Source: Candidatus Hydrogenedentota bacterium
GTDB taxonomy: Bacteria > Hydrogenedentota > Hydrogenedentia > Hydrogenedentales > JAGMZX01
Direction of reading: 5' to 3'
Assembly (NCBI GenBank): GCA_029556545.1
Contig: JAKQEQ010000042.1
Coordinates: 18,729 to 82,728 of the forward strand
Length of the DNA stretch: 64,000 bases
The position numbers and the translations under genes were made by a program. Shown here piece after piece: positions 11,738 to 21,428 of this stretch. The notes beneath the pieces were generated by a model. It saw only the letters and a program-made list of their open reading frames with translations, did not search any database and had not been told where the DNA came from. The first letter of the stretch is position 1, and each line of letters begins with the position of its first letter.

Positions 11738-13579
11738 ATGCCCGGACAGAACGGTCGTCATGGACCCTATGGACGTGCTCGCCTCGCGTTGTTTGCATGT
11801 TGCCTCGCCGCCCTGGCCATTTTCTGCGGCGTGCCCGTGGCCGCGCAACCACCCGACGACACGGCAACGTCCGAGACAAGCGCGGCTGTTCCACAGGCCC
11901 CTGTTCCGCCACTGCCGCGACCGCCGGCCCCGCCCGCGCAGGCGCGTCCCCAGACGCCTCCGCAAACCCGCGGAGTAATCGTCCCGCCCATGAAGGATCG
12001 CGCGCAACTCGTCACGACGGACCCGGCCACGCCCGCGGACCGCTTGCGCACCGCCGTGACGCGGCTGCGGCCCCAACTCTTTTTGCTGATCTCGGTGGGC
12101 ACGGTCCTCATGGCCTTGGTCTATGTGGCGATTGCGCGTTGGCGCGTGCCGTTTCTTCGCGGCCTGCTGGCCGTGCCATTGCTCGGCATCGCGATCCTCT
12201 CTCTCGGCCACTACACCAGCTTCTATCCCTGGATCAGCAAGCACTATTTCAACGAATACGAGTTCTATCACTACTACATCGGCGCGAAATACGCGCCCGA
12301 GATCGGCTATACCAAGCTGTACGAAGCCACAATCATCGCCGATGAGGAGACGAAGCGCCTCTATTCCGCCAACTCCATCCGCGACCTCGCCACGGGCCGT
12401 TACCTGGGCGTTCCCAACGTCCTCGCCCGCAAGGACGAGATCAAAGCGCGCTTCTCGGAGGAACGCTGGGCCGAATTCGTCAAAGATATCGAGTTCTTCA
12501 AGCGGAACCTCGGCGGCGGACGCTGGTCGCGCATCCTCCGCGACAAAGGATACAACGCCACGCCCATCTGGGGCCTCACCGGCGGTCTCATCAGCAACGC
12601 CGTCAGCACGGACAACGTCAAGGCCCTGCGCGCCGTCGCGCTGCTCGATCCCGCGCTTATCCTCCTCGCGCTCCTGGCCGCGTTCTGGGCGTTCGGCCAC
12701 CGCGCGGCCTTCTTCGCGGCGGCCTTCTTCGGGATCAACTTCCTTACGATGCAGTCGCCCACCATGAAGGCCGCGTTCCTGCGGACCGACTGGATTATGC
12801 TGACGATCGTCGGCGCGGCGCTCATCAAAAAGGGCTGGTACAAGACCGCCGGCGGCGTCATGGCCTACGCGGGACTCGCCCGCATCTTCCCCGTCATTTT
12901 CGCCTTCGGCATCGGCGCGCGCGCCCTCGTCGAACTCGCGCGCACCCGGCGCATCCCCTGGAAGCACTTCCAGTTCTTCGCTGCCTACGCCATTGTCGGC
13001 GGCCTGCTCGTCGGCGCATCGGTGCTCTACGCGGGCGGCCTCCACCAGTGGCGCGAGTTTTTCGACAAGATCAGCTACCACAACAACGACATCTCGACGT
13101 GGCGCGTCGGCTTCCGATACGTCTTCCTCGGCACCTTCGACCTCGTGCCGCGCGGCGTCGATTGGTGGGCGTACAAAGCGCAGCTCCAGGAATTCCACGC
13201 TCAATGGGCGCACGTCTGGTGGGGCATCCAGGCGATCGTACTGCTCGCATCCGTCTATCTCGCCCGGTATCTCGACGACGGCGAAGCCGTCCTCTTCAGC
13301 TTCGTGCCCGTCTTCTTCCTCGTCGCGCCCACGCACTATTACTACATGATGCTCGTTATCCCCGCGTTGTTTTTCGCGGTGCGCATCGATTCGCCTTACC
13401 GCGCGGCGGGCCTCATCTACCTCATCCTCGCCGGCAACGTAGGCCAGAGCTACAACTACGTCGGCTGGCGCTTCCCCCTGGCCTTCGACATGTCGTGCGC
13501 CCTCCTCGGCATGGTCCTCTACATGATGTTAATCACCTGGATCGAGGGCCGCCTGCGCCGCCCGGCGCCGGATCAGTAA
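11738..13579 (+). CDS. polytopic membrane protein with N-terminal signal peptide and Pro-rich linker
   Basis: Signal-like LALFACCLAALAIFCGVPVAAQ, then a P/A/Q-rich linker, then more than 10 predicted TM helices. Start (11738) uncertain; ORF opens at 11657. No family recognisable from sequence alone. Confidence 0.6.
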   Translation: MPGQNGRHGPYGRARLALFACCLAALAIFCGVPVAAQPPDDTATSETSAAVPQAPVPPLPRPPAPPAQARPQTPPQTRGVIVPPMKDRAQLVTTDPATPADRLRTAVTRLRPQLFLLISVGTVLMALVYVAIARWRVPFLRGLLAVPLLGIAILSLGHYTSFYPWISKHYFNEYEFYHYYIGAKYAPEIGYTKLYEATIIADEETKRLYSANSIRDLATGRYLGVPNVLARKDEIKARFSEERWAEFVKDIEFFKRNLGGGRWSRILRDKGYNATPIWGLTGGLISNAVSTDNVKALRAVALLDPALILLALLAAFWAFGHRAAFFAAAFFGINFLTMQSPTMKAAFLRTDWIMLTIVGAALIKKGWYKTAGGVMAYAGLARIFPVIFAFGIGARALVELARTRRIPWKHFQFFAAYAIVGGLLVGASVLYAGGLHQWREFFDKISYHNNDISTWRVGFRYVFLGTFDLVPRGVDWWAYKAQLQEFHAQWAHVWWGIQAIVLLASVYLARYLDDGEAVLFSFVPVFFLVAPTHYYYMMLVIPALFFAVRIDSPYRAAGLIYLILAGNVGQSYNYVGWRFPLAFDMSCALLGMVLYMMLITWIEGRLRRPAPDQ

Positions 13580-13639
13580 TTTCATCCCATCCCGCGCCAA
13601 CGCGTATACTACCTCCGCCGCGTGGGGCGGCGACGGGGA

Positions 13640-14251
13640 ATGCCTCAAGCGAACATGGACGAACCGTTCGAGGACGAAAAACGCCTGCTGGCCGCCGCGC
13701 GAAAAGGCAATCGCGACGCCTTTGGGCATCTCGTGCGCGCATATCAACGGCGCGCCTACGCCGCGGCCTACGGCTTCGTCGGCAATCGCGACGACGCCCT
13801 CGAACTGGCGCAGGAGTCCTTCGCCCGCGCGTTCCGGGCCATGCGGCGCTTCAAGCCCGATATGCCCTTCTATCCCTGGTTGCACCGCATCATCCGCAAC
13901 ACCTGTCTGAACCACCTCAAGCGTAAGCGCCGCCACGGCGAGCAATCCCTCGAGGCATTGGTCGCCAACGGCTTCGACGCGCGCGACACCCGGCCCGACC
14001 CCGAGGCCGTCGCCGAGCGGAACGACCTGAAAGCCTCCATCGCGGCGGCCATGCGCCGGCTCAGCCCGGAACACCGCGAAATCCTGCGGTTGCGCCACTT
14101 CATGGAAATGTCCTATGCGGAAATCGCGGTTTGCCTCGCCGTTCCCGAGGGAACGGTCATGTCGCGGCTCCACGGCGCCCGCAAGAGCCTGCGGCGCGTC
14201 CTCGAACAGCAGACCCGGGACACGGCGAATGTTTTGCCCAATTCGGTGTAA
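13640..14251 (+). CDS. RNA polymerase ECF-type sigma factor
   Basis: Sigma-70 region 2 and 4 features (FGHLVRAYQRRAYAAAYGFVGNRDDALELAQESF...; C-terminal HTH EIAVCLAVPEGTVMSRL). Start could be 13622 (GTG), 13640 or 13655. Confidence 0.8.
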   Translation: MPQANMDEPFEDEKRLLAAARKGNRDAFGHLVRAYQRRAYAAAYGFVGNRDDALELAQESFARAFRAMRRFKPDMPFYPWLHRIIRNTCLNHLKRKRRHGEQSLEALVANGFDARDTRPDPEAVAERNDLKASIAAAMRRLSPEHREILRLRHFMEMSYAEIAVCLAVPEGTVMSRLHGARKSLRRVLEQQTRDTANVLPNSV

Positions 14252-14286
14252 TTACTCTATGTGGACGCTCATTGCCGGACCAACTT

Positions 14287-14733
14287 ATGACAACACCTTG
14301 TGAACGCTACCAGATGCTGATCTCCGGACACCTCGACGGCGAATTGCGCCCCGAAGACCGCCGCGATCTCGATCAGCATCTTGCCGCCTGCGAGGCGTGC
14401 CGCCGCGAATTCGACGAAATGCAACGCCTCGCCGCCGGCACGGCCGCCGCGTTGATCGGCGACAGCCCCCCCGACGACGTCTGGGACGGCTTCGTGGACG
14501 GCGTGTACAACCGCATCGAGCGGCGGACCGGCTGGCTCGTCCTCATCGTCGGCGCGGCGCTGCTCCTCGCGTACGGGATCTATCAGTTCGTCACCGACGA
14601 CTGGGCCGGCGCGCTCGTCAAGGCCCTGATCGCCGCCCCCGTCATCGGCCTCGCCGTCTTGTTCGTATCCGTCTTGCGACAGCGGCTGCGCGCGGCGCGC
14701 ACGGACCGCTACAGCCGGGAGGTCCGTCATTGA
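14287..14733 (+). CDS. anti-sigma factor (zf-HC2 type, single TM)
   Basis: MTTPCERYQMLISGHLDGEL...HLAACEACRREF has the H-x3-C-x2-C zinc motif. One TM helix (WLVLIVGAALLLAYGIY). Directly downstream of the ECF sigma gene. ATG 14287 inside longer ORF 14131..14733. Confidence 0.75.
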   Translation: MTTPCERYQMLISGHLDGELRPEDRRDLDQHLAACEACRREFDEMQRLAAGTAAALIGDSPPDDVWDGFVDGVYNRIERRTGWLVLIVGAALLLAYGIYQFVTDDWAGALVKALIAAPVIGLAVLFVSVLRQRLRAARTDRYSREVRH

Positions 14734-15065
14734 TAGTCGTCACCACGTCGTCCATCGCGGGCAAGCGCATCGTCGAAACCATCGGCCTCGTCCGCGGCAG
14801 TACCGTGCGCTGCCGCCACCTCGGCAAGGATATCCTCGCCGTCTTGCGCAACATGGTCGGCGGCGAAATCCCCGAATACACGAAGATGCTCGCCGAGGCG
14901 CGCGAGCAGGCACTTGATCGCATGATCGAGGACGCCGCGAAGCTCGGCGCGAACGCCGTGCTCGATATGCGATTCGGAACGGCGGCCATCTCCGGCGGCA
15001 TGGCCGAAATCGTGGCCTACGGCACAGCCGCCTTCGTCGAAGACGCGCCGCAGCCCCCCGCGTGA
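14730..15065 (+). CDS. YbjQ/UPF0145 family protein
   Basis: TTG start gives (M)IVVTTSSIAGKRIVETIGLVRG..., matching the MIVTTT... N-terminus typical of this family. Overlaps the anti-sigma stop by 4 nt. Confidence 0.7.
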   Translation: MIVVTTSSIAGKRIVETIGLVRGSTVRCRHLGKDILAVLRNMVGGEIPEYTKMLAEAREQALDRMIEDAAKLGANAVLDMRFGTAAISGGMAEIVAYGTAAFVEDAPQPPA

Positions 15066-15081
15066 AGCGCGTTGCCCCCTC

Positions 15082-16053
15082 TCACTCCGCCGCGTCAGCC
15101 CGTGAAAAGAACGCCGTCAGCATCGCGTGGACGGCCTCGGGGTTGTCCTGCTGCGCCGTGTGATCCGCCCCCTCGATCGCGTGAAACTCGATGTTCGGGA
15201 TCGCGGCCCGCACACGTTCCTGGTGAGCAAACGGCACGACGTGGTCCGCCGTCCCCCAGATAAGCAGCGACGGCTTGCCGAGCCTCCCTACGCGCCGATA
15301 CACCGGTTCGAGCGTCAGCAGCGGCGTGTGCCGCAGCGTCGAGAGCAATGCCCGCTTATACCCCCGATAGCGCATCTGCTCGAGGTAATCCCGGCGATAC
15401 GGCGCGTCCTCCGGCACGCCCATGCGGTCCAGCGCGCGAGTCAACGTCGCGTCGCCGAACATCCCCATCGACCACTCCCCAACGCCCGGCCAGTGCAGCA
15501 TGCGATAACGGATCGGCTCGTGCAACGAGAACCCGGCGGGCGCCATCAGCGCAAAACGCCGCACCCGCTCCGGGTGGCGGTCCACAAAATGTACGACAAT
15601 CGCGCCGCCCATCGACTGCCCCACCAGGTCTATCGGCCCGGCTACGCCCTCCGCATCGAGCAATTCAAGAAGTTGCCGGTCGAACAGGTCGGTCGTATAC
15701 CGGACCTCGGGCCGGTCCGAGTAGCCGCGCCCGAAAAGGTCGTAACACAGCACCCGGAAGCCCGCCGCGCTCAGTGCCCGCGCCGTCCCCGCCCACAGCG
15801 TCATCGGGCCGGTGTAGCCGTGCACCAACGCCACGACCGCCCCGTCCTCGGGACCGGTCCACGCAAAATGCGTGTATCCGTCCGAGAGACGCGCAAAAGT
15901 CAGCCCGCGAGACCCCGCAAGCGACGCCCGCGCCGCGTCGTCGAGCGCGATCGTCTCCGTCCCGCCGACAAGGAACGGATACGCCGCGACAGCGGCGAAA
16001 ACGACCGCCAGCATGGCAAGAACCGCACAACCGTACCGATACGCGCGACGCAT
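15082..16053 (-). CDS. alpha/beta hydrolase
   Basis: 323 aa. N-terminal TM/signal, nucleophile elbow GQSMGG, HGYTG oxyanion region, C-terminal His (ADHTAQQD). Confidence 0.85.
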   Translation of the reverse strand: MRRAYRYGCAVLAMLAVVFAAVAAYPFLVGGTETIALDDAARASLAGSRGLTFARLSDGYTHFAWTGPEDGAVVALVHGYTGPMTLWAGTARALSAAGFRVLCYDLFGRGYSDRPEVRYTTDLFDRQLLELLDAEGVAGPIDLVGQSMGGAIVVHFVDRHPERVRRFALMAPAGFSLHEPIRYRMLHWPGVGEWSMGMFGDATLTRALDRMGVPEDAPYRRDYLEQMRYRGYKRALLSTLRHTPLLTLEPVYRRVGRLGKPSLLIWGTADHVVPFAHQERVRAAIPNIEFHAIEGADHTAQQDNPEAVHAMLTAFFSRADAAE

Positions 16054-16169
16054 GACCGCCCCTCCTTGACGCGATCCGTACTATAAGGGACCCAGCCCCC
16101 GAACCGCCACTAGCAACCGAGTCTCGCACGCGGCAACACCCATCGTGTCGCGCATCTTGGCGTCTCCTC

Positions 16170-16250
16170 GCCCTCTTGGTTCTCCTGCTTCTCTTGGTCC
16201 ACTTGGCCCTTTCGGTCCTTTTTGTCCATTTGGTCCCTTTCCCCCCACCG
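16170..16250. repeat. degenerate 9-bp tandem repeat (~CTTGGTCCN x9)
   Basis: cttggttct cctgcttct cttggtcca cttggccct ttcggtcct ttttgtcca tttggtccc in the intergenic region upstream of the 16358 gene. Confidence 0.6.
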
Positions 16251-16357
16251 TGCGGCGATCCCGCGTCGCGCCTACCCGTAACGAATATCCATTTCGTCGG
16301 TATTGTGCACACTGTGGTGAATCCGCGTCTTTGACGCACTATCCGAGGGAGACCGTC

Positions 16358-16966
16358 TTGCCATACCGAATATTCGCTCCGCGCGCATTGCCGCGGACCG
16401 CGCCGCTCTGCTTCGTAATCGCCGTCTTGGCGAACGGCTGCATCGGCTGGATCGAGTTGCCGCCGGTGACGGCCCGCGCAACCGTTGTTTCGGGCGCTGC
16501 CTTCGGCCCGACCGAGAACCGGCCCGCGGGCGAGACGCTCAGCAAAGCCGTCATGATCGAGGGCCTTACCTGCAATTTGCCTGACCGCAACGCCCTCGAA
16601 AGCATGGTGCGCGACTACGCGCCGGACTACGTCGGCGGCCTCATCCAGTTGCGTCACGTCTATCTCGACGAGGTGATCGTCTCCGCCACACAAGGCAATT
16701 TCAGCGCCCTGACTTCGCTCAGTCTCTTTTACGTAACCGTGGGCGGCAAAGGCGTGAAGCTCGCCTACCTCGGCGGCGCCGTCGCAATCGAGGGATTCGG
16801 CCAGACCATCAGCCTCGTCCCGGCGGACACAGTGGACCTGCTCAAGCTGATGGAGGGACAACTGTGCGGGGCCGTGATTGTGGCCGCGGACGGCGTGACC
16901 CCCGACGAAACGATAGTATTCGACGCTGAGGCGGTGCTGACCGTGCGCGCCGCAGTCGGCCTTTGA
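16358..16966 (+). CDS. hypothetical secreted protein
   Basis: TTG start preceded by GAGGGAG 8 nt upstream. N-terminal hydrophobic segment (PLCFVIAVLANGC). Upstream part of ORF 16145..16966 only encodes the repeat-derived LGP run. Confidence 0.5.
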   Translation: MPYRIFAPRALPRTAPLCFVIAVLANGCIGWIELPPVTARATVVSGAAFGPTENRPAGETLSKAVMIEGLTCNLPDRNALESMVRDYAPDYVGGLIQLRHVYLDEVIVSATQGNFSALTSLSLFYVTVGGKGVKLAYLGGAVAIEGFGQTISLVPADTVDLLKLMEGQLCGAVIVAADGVTPDETIVFDAEAVLTVRAAVGL

Positions 16967-17057
16967 CCACGACGCACCTCGGGCCCCGACTCGAGGTTGC
17001 GTCTACCTACAGCCGCGCTTGGGGCGTCCGGACGCCTGTCCGGACGCCTCGGTGCTG

Positions 17058-17786
17058 TCACCACGGCTCGAACGCGCGCGGCGGGCCGAGAACTTCACGC
17101 AGGACAATGGCGCGGCGCACATCCTCGAGGCCGCTAAAGAGCAGCGCGGCCTTGGGACGCGGCGGCGGCGCGGCGCGGCGCGGCGGCGCGACCTGTGCGG
17201 CGCGCGCACGGGCCATTGCGGCGGGTGACTGGGCTACTTGCTGCCGCTGCGGGCGTTGGTATTGTTGCCGCTGCGGGCGCTGCTGATGCCGCTGCGCCAC
17301 GGGCCGCGGCGCGACGGGCGCGGGCTGGGGACGCGGCGCGGGCGACGTCTCCGGCTGCAGGCGTCGCTGCACCTCGCGCTGCATCTCGTGCCAGAGTTCC
17401 TCGAGCGTCTTCGGGCGCTGGGCGGGCGCCTGCTCGGGCGGCGCTTCCTGGCTCGCGGGCCGCCCCGGTGCCTCGCGCACTTCCTCGCGCGCCACGTGGC
17501 GATCCTCGGGAGATTCCCGTCGCTCGAGCGGTGAATGATACGGCTGCGGCTCTTGCGGCGCGGGTGCGCCGGGGCGCGGCGCGCTCTCACGGCGCTTGGC
17601 CACGGGCGGTCCGACCTCGCCGTAGAGTGTCCGGCGCGTGGCCTCCGGCAGTTCGGTTTGTTGCCGCGCCTGTTCGCGCGCCTTTTCCGCCCGCCGCTGT
17701 TCCTCGGCGCGTTGCTCGCGCACCTTGCTCAACACGCTGAACCCGGCCAGCGCGAGAAAGATCAGAAAACCGATGAGTTGCTCCAT
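17058..17786 (-). CDS. membrane-anchored Pro/Gln/Arg-rich low-complexity protein
   Basis: MEQLIGFLIFLALAGFSVL is a TM helix, followed by a charged coiled/low-complexity region rich in PQPAP/QRPQRQQ. Last gene of the nfeD-floA string on the minus strand. Confidence 0.55.
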   Translation of the reverse strand: MEQLIGFLIFLALAGFSVLSKVREQRAEEQRRAEKAREQARQQTELPEATRRTLYGEVGPPVAKRRESAPRPGAPAPQEPQPYHSPLERRESPEDRHVAREEVREAPGRPASQEAPPEQAPAQRPKTLEELWHEMQREVQRRLQPETSPAPRPQPAPVAPRPVAQRHQQRPQRQQYQRPQRQQVAQSPAAMARARAAQVAPPRRAAPPPRPKAALLFSGLEDVRRAIVLREVLGPPRAFEPW

Positions 17787-17796
17787 GCCTTCACCT

Positions 17797-18816
17797 TCAG
17801 TCTTGACGGCCCTCGTCCTGCTGCGTCGGCGGACCCATCTTCGCAATCGAGTCGCGCATGTCCGTATCCGCCATCACATTCTTCAGCCGATAGTAATCCA
17901 TGATCCCCAGGTTGCCGCTGCGAAACGCCTCCGCGATGGCGCGCGGGATTTGCGCTTCGGCCTCGACGACCCGGGCGCGCATCTCGATGACCTGCGCCTT
18001 CATCTCCGCCTCGCGAGCGAGCGCCATGGCGCGGCGCTCCTCGGCCCGGGCCTGGGCGATCTGCTTGTCCGCCTCGGCCTGCTTGATCTGCAACTGCGCG
18101 CCGATGTTCTCGCCCACGTCCACGTCCGCGATATCGATCGACAGAATCTCGAAGGCCGTGCCGGCGTCCAGGCCGCGATCGAGGACCACGCGCGAAATCG
18201 AGTCGGGGTTCTCCAGCACCTTCTTGTGCGACTCCGCGGAGCCGATGGTCGTAACGATCCCCTCGCCCACCCGCGCGATGATCGTCTCTTCCGTCGCGCC
18301 GCCGACGAGCCGGTGGATGTTCGTGCGCACGGTAACGCGCGCCTTGGCGTGCAATTGGATGCCGTCCATCGCCACGGCGGACACGGTTTGCGGTCCCTTG
18401 TTCGGGTCGGGGCAGTCAATGACCTTCGGGCGCACCGACGTCTGGACCGCATCGAGCACGTCGCGTCCGGCGAGGTCGATGGCCGTCGCGCGCTGGAAAT
18501 TCAGCTCGATGTTCGCCTTGCTCGCCGCGATCAACGCCTGAACGACGCGGACCACGTTGCCGCCCGCCAGGTAGTGCGCCTCGAGTTCGTCCGTCTTCAG
18601 GTCTACGCCCGCCTTCACGGCCATGATCCGGCTGTCGACAATCACGGCGCTATTCACGCGCCGCAACGACATGCCGACGAGGCTCCATAGGCCCACGTGC
18701 GCGCCGGACAGCCACGCCCGCAGCCACAAGCGGAAGAAACTGAGCAGCACCACGACGAACATGAGGCCGAAGACCCCCAACACGACAAGCAAGATGAGCA
18801 GAATTGAGTTTTCCAT
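17797..18816 (-). CDS. floA: flotillin-like protein FloA (SPFH/band-7, UPF0365)
   Basis: [23 protein letters not shown]... N-terminus, SPFH body and C-terminal coiled region. ~339 aa. Start at MENS (18816) inside ORF ..18849. Confidence 0.85.
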   Translation of the reverse strand: MENSILLILLVVLGVFGLMFVVVLLSFFRLWLRAWLSGAHVGLWSLVGMSLRRVNSAVIVDSRIMAVKAGVDLKTDELEAHYLAGGNVVRVVQALIAASKANIELNFQRATAIDLAGRDVLDAVQTSVRPKVIDCPDPNKGPQTVSAVAMDGIQLHAKARVTVRTNIHRLVGGATEETIIARVGEGIVTTIGSAESHKKVLENPDSISRVVLDRGLDAGTAFEILSIDIADVDVGENIGAQLQIKQAEADKQIAQARAEERRAMALAREAEMKAQVIEMRARVVEAEAQIPRAIAEAFRSGNLGIMDYYRLKNVMADTDMRDSIAKMGPPTQQDEGRQD

Positions 18817-18907
18817 GGGATTCCCCTTTCTCCAAAGGTTTCCTTGCAATTTATGTTACTGCTCCGGCATCCTCCGCGGGAAATCCGCGGAACGCCGACG
18901 CAGATTC

Positions 18908-19390
18908 TCATGAATCGGCGCGCTCGACTACAATCCGGTTCCCATGCACCGCGACGACGCGGACGGGAGCGTATTTCTCGATAAACGTCCCTTGCGCCAC
19001 CGCGTCGAGGCGGCGTCCGTCCAGGACGATGGTGCCCGCCGGCCGCAGCGCCGTGAGCACGGTCCCCGCCTGGCCAACCAGTGCGTCTTCATTCGGCGTG
19101 TTCGTGTAGCCGTCCTCGGGCCGCTGCCGCGTTTCGAGCGTCAGGAAGCGCGCGGCGCGCGTGCGCGTAAGCAACAGCATGGACACCGCCACGGTCGCGA
19201 AGGCGCCCAGCGCCTCGAACAGCACGATGAAGAAGACGTACTGGCCCTCGAAGCTGTAGATGCCGATGCCCGCGCTTACGCAAACGAGCACGAAGCCCGC
19301 CAAGCCGCAGATGCCGCCCGGCAACACCGCCTCGGCGAGGATCAGCACCAATCCCGCGAAATACAGGAGCGCCATCCAGAAAATGATCAT
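18908..19390 (-). CDS. NfeD family protein (short form, membrane anchor + C-terminal OB-fold)
   Basis: 160 aa. Three N-terminal TM helices, then the ...TVLTALRPAGTIVLDGRRLDAVAQGTFIEKYAPVRVVAVHGNRIVVER beta domain typical of NfeD C-termini. Confidence 0.8.
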   Translation of the reverse strand: MIIFWMALLYFAGLVLILAEAVLPGGICGLAGFVLVCVSAGIGIYSFEGQYVFFIVLFEALGAFATVAVSMLLLTRTRAARFLTLETRQRPEDGYTNTPNEDALVGQAGTVLTALRPAGTIVLDGRRLDAVAQGTFIEKYAPVRVVAVHGNRIVVERADS

Positions 19391-19689
19391 GACACCGCGT
19401 CTCCCCGGGTCGACTCGAGCAGCGAGATCAATTGGCTGATCTCGACCCGCAGCCCCATGAGATACTTGCTCTTGACGCTCGGGTCCTTCGGGTCGTTCTC
19501 GTCCTGCGCCTCAAAGGTGCCGATGATGCCGTCGCCCTCGGGAAACAGGGTGCGCGCCTGCCCGAGCAGCTTATTGTACCGCTTTGCGAAGGGCGCGCAC
19601 GTGTAGTAGCCCGCGCCCTGCGAACTGACGATCTCCATCTCCTTGAGGAGTTGTCGCAGCATGTTCACCAGCGTGTGTCGCGTGTCCAT
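19387..19689 (-). CDS. hypothetical protein (100 aa)
   Basis: MDTRHTLVNMLRQLLKEMEIVSSQGAGYYTCAPFAKRY... Start ATG shares one base with the long-nfeD stop (TGATG) and its stop overlaps the short-nfeD start. Only this last third of ORF 19387..20430 is plausible. Confidence 0.5.
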   Translation of the reverse strand: MDTRHTLVNMLRQLLKEMEIVSSQGAGYYTCAPFAKRYNKLLGQARTLFPEGDGIIGTFEAQDENDPKDPSVKSKYLMGLRVEISQLISLLESTRGDAVS

Positions 19690-21188
19690 CAACTCTTGTC
19701 CTCCCGCGCCTCCGTGACCACGAGACGGTTGCCCTCCGCTTGGATGATCACTACGGGCCGGCCCTTTTCTATGAACTCGCCGCGGGTCATGACGTCCAGC
19801 GTCCGGTCGCCGAACCGCGCGCGGCCCGCCGGACGCAACATCGACGTCGCGACGCCGTACATACCCACGTACATACCCGCCTCCTGCGGCGCCTGCACGA
19901 TGTAGCCCGAATGCGTGGCCTCGGCCTGCGCCAGCACAAGCCAGTTGAGCAGGCGCGTCCGCGGCAGGTAAAACCACGAAATCAGCATGATCGCGGTAAG
20001 CGCGATGGCCGCGATGGCCAGCGTCTGGACCGCCTCGCTCAGCCGAACGAAATCCCAAGTGTACTGCGGCACCGGCACCCGCGTCAGCGACAAATACAGG
20101 CCCGCGAACAGGCAGCCGATACCGGCCATGCCCGCGATCCCGAACCCCGGCAAGACAAATATTTCCACGCCCAATAAGACCACGCCCGCAAGCACCAGCA
20201 GCACGTCCATCCAATCGGCCAGCCCGATAATGAACTGCGCGCCGAAAAACAGCGCCAGACACGTCAGCCCGATGATCCCCGGCAGGCCGAAGCCCGGCGT
20301 GCGCACCTCGAAGTACAGGCCGCCCAGCCCGCACATCAACAAAAGACTCGATATCAGCGGGCTGGTCAGAAACCCGAACAGCGCCTCGGCCCACGTCGGC
20401 GTGATGACCACCCGCCGCAGTTCCGCCCATCCGAAATGCCCGAGCACTTCTTCCTCGTCTTTCGCCTTGACTTCGATGAGCCCGAACTCGATGGCCTCTT
20501 CCGCCGTCAGCGTCAGCAGATTCCCCCGCGGCGAGATCAACCGCGCCTCCGCTGGCAGCCCCGGCGGCGGACCCTCCTCCCCGCCTTCCTCCTGACTTCC
20601 CGCCCGCAAGTCTTTCTCGATGACAAAACGCCCGTCAGCGTCCCGGTAGCCGTACAGCGCCACGTCCGGATCCACCATGGCCTCGCCGAGCAGCGGATCA
20701 TGGCCTTTCGCCTCGCCCAACGCCCGGAATTTCGCACGAACGAAGGACCGCGATTTCTCGTCCAGGCTCACGTTCGGCTCCATGCCAGGAACAAACGGCA
20801 GAGCCGCCCCGATGTTCGATGCGGGCGACATGACAATATCGTCGCACGCGAAACTGATCAGCGCGCCCGCGGATATGGCCCCCATTTTGTGAATAAACGC
20901 CACGCTTCGGCAGCGCGCGCCCATGATGTGCTCGGTGATGTCGATCGCCGAATCCACCCGCCCGCCCGGCGTGTCGATCAGGAACACGATCGCCCGCGCG
21001 CCCGCAGCCTCGCGCACCGCACGCTCCACCACCACCGCCACGCCGTCGTCGATCTCATCGTTGATAGGACAGAGAACGATGAATTCGTCCGGCAGCGGCG
21101 GCGACTCCGGCGGGATCGGCGCCGTATTCTCCACCGCGCCGCCCGCGGCCAGGGAAACAACGCCCGCTATCAATAAAGCACGCCACAT
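19689..21188 (-). CDS. NfeD family membrane-bound serine protease (long form, ClpP-like domain + TM + OB)
   Basis: 499 aa. Signal peptide, ClpP/crotonase-like region (IVFLIDTPGGRVDSAIDI...GAISAGALISFACD), multiple TM helices, and a C-terminal OB domain (MLRPAGRARFGDRTLDVMTRGEFIEKGRPVVII). Confidence 0.85.
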   Translation of the reverse strand: MWRALLIAGVVSLAAGGAVENTAPIPPESPPLPDEFIVLCPINDEIDDGVAVVVERAVREAAGARAIVFLIDTPGGRVDSAIDITEHIMGARCRSVAFIHKMGAISAGALISFACDDIVMSPASNIGAALPFVPGMEPNVSLDEKSRSFVRAKFRALGEAKGHDPLLGEAMVDPDVALYGYRDADGRFVIEKDLRAGSQEEGGEEGPPPGLPAEARLISPRGNLLTLTAEEAIEFGLIEVKAKDEEEVLGHFGWAELRRVVITPTWAEALFGFLTSPLISSLLLMCGLGGLYFEVRTPGFGLPGIIGLTCLALFFGAQFIIGLADWMDVLLVLAGVVLLGVEIFVLPGFGIAGMAGIGCLFAGLYLSLTRVPVPQYTWDFVRLSEAVQTLAIAAIALTAIMLISWFYLPRTRLLNWLVLAQAEATHSGYIVQAPQEAGMYVGMYGVATSMLRPAGRARFGDRTLDVMTRGEFIEKGRPVVIIQAEGNRLVVTEAREDKS

Positions 21189-21316
21189 AGACCTACCACA
21201 GGGTTATGATTGAGCCTTCTCGCACAACCACCGCCAGAAATACAACCAACGTCGTCGGTGTATTCTACGCCCGCCGTCGAAGGTGGTCAATGCGCGGCGC
21301 GCTCCGTCCATCCCAT

Positions 21317-21364
21317 CCGTCTTGTCCACCCCGTCCACCTCGTCCACCCCGTCCACCCCTCCCC
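21317..21364. repeat. 12-bp tandem repeat (CGTCCACCYC x ~4)
   Basis: ccgtcttgtccaccccgtccacctcgtccaccccgtccacccc upstream of the 21429 gene. Confidence 0.7.
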
Positions 21365-21403
21365 CCGCGCCGCCGCCTACATGCCAGGCGGCCCATGCCT
21401 CTA

Positions 21404-21409
21404 TAATGG
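21404..21409 (+). promoter_or_regulatory. consensus -10 hexamer TATAAT ~20 nt upstream of ATG 21429
   Basis: gcctcTATAATgggcgcggagacctctgcttcATG. No good -35 seen (ctacat). Supports 21429 as the start of the downstream gene. Confidence 0.4.
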
Positions 21410-21428
21410 GCGCGGAGACCTCTGCTTC

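Noticed and set aside
11561-13336. 591-aa minus ORF antisense to the 11738..13579 membrane-protein gene
   Set aside because: The sense strand encodes coherent TM helices. The antisense translation is E/R/G-rich low complexity.
15127-16086. 319-aa plus ORF antisense to the alpha/beta hydrolase, and 398-aa minus ORF 15665..16861
   Set aside because: No motifs, Arg/Pro-rich. The hydrolase (GQSMGG) and the 16358 gene account for the region.
19387-20430. 347-aa minus ORF overlapping the long nfeD
   Set aside because: Only the last 100 codons (19387..19689) lie outside nfeD and are plausible. The rest is an alternate frame of nfeD.
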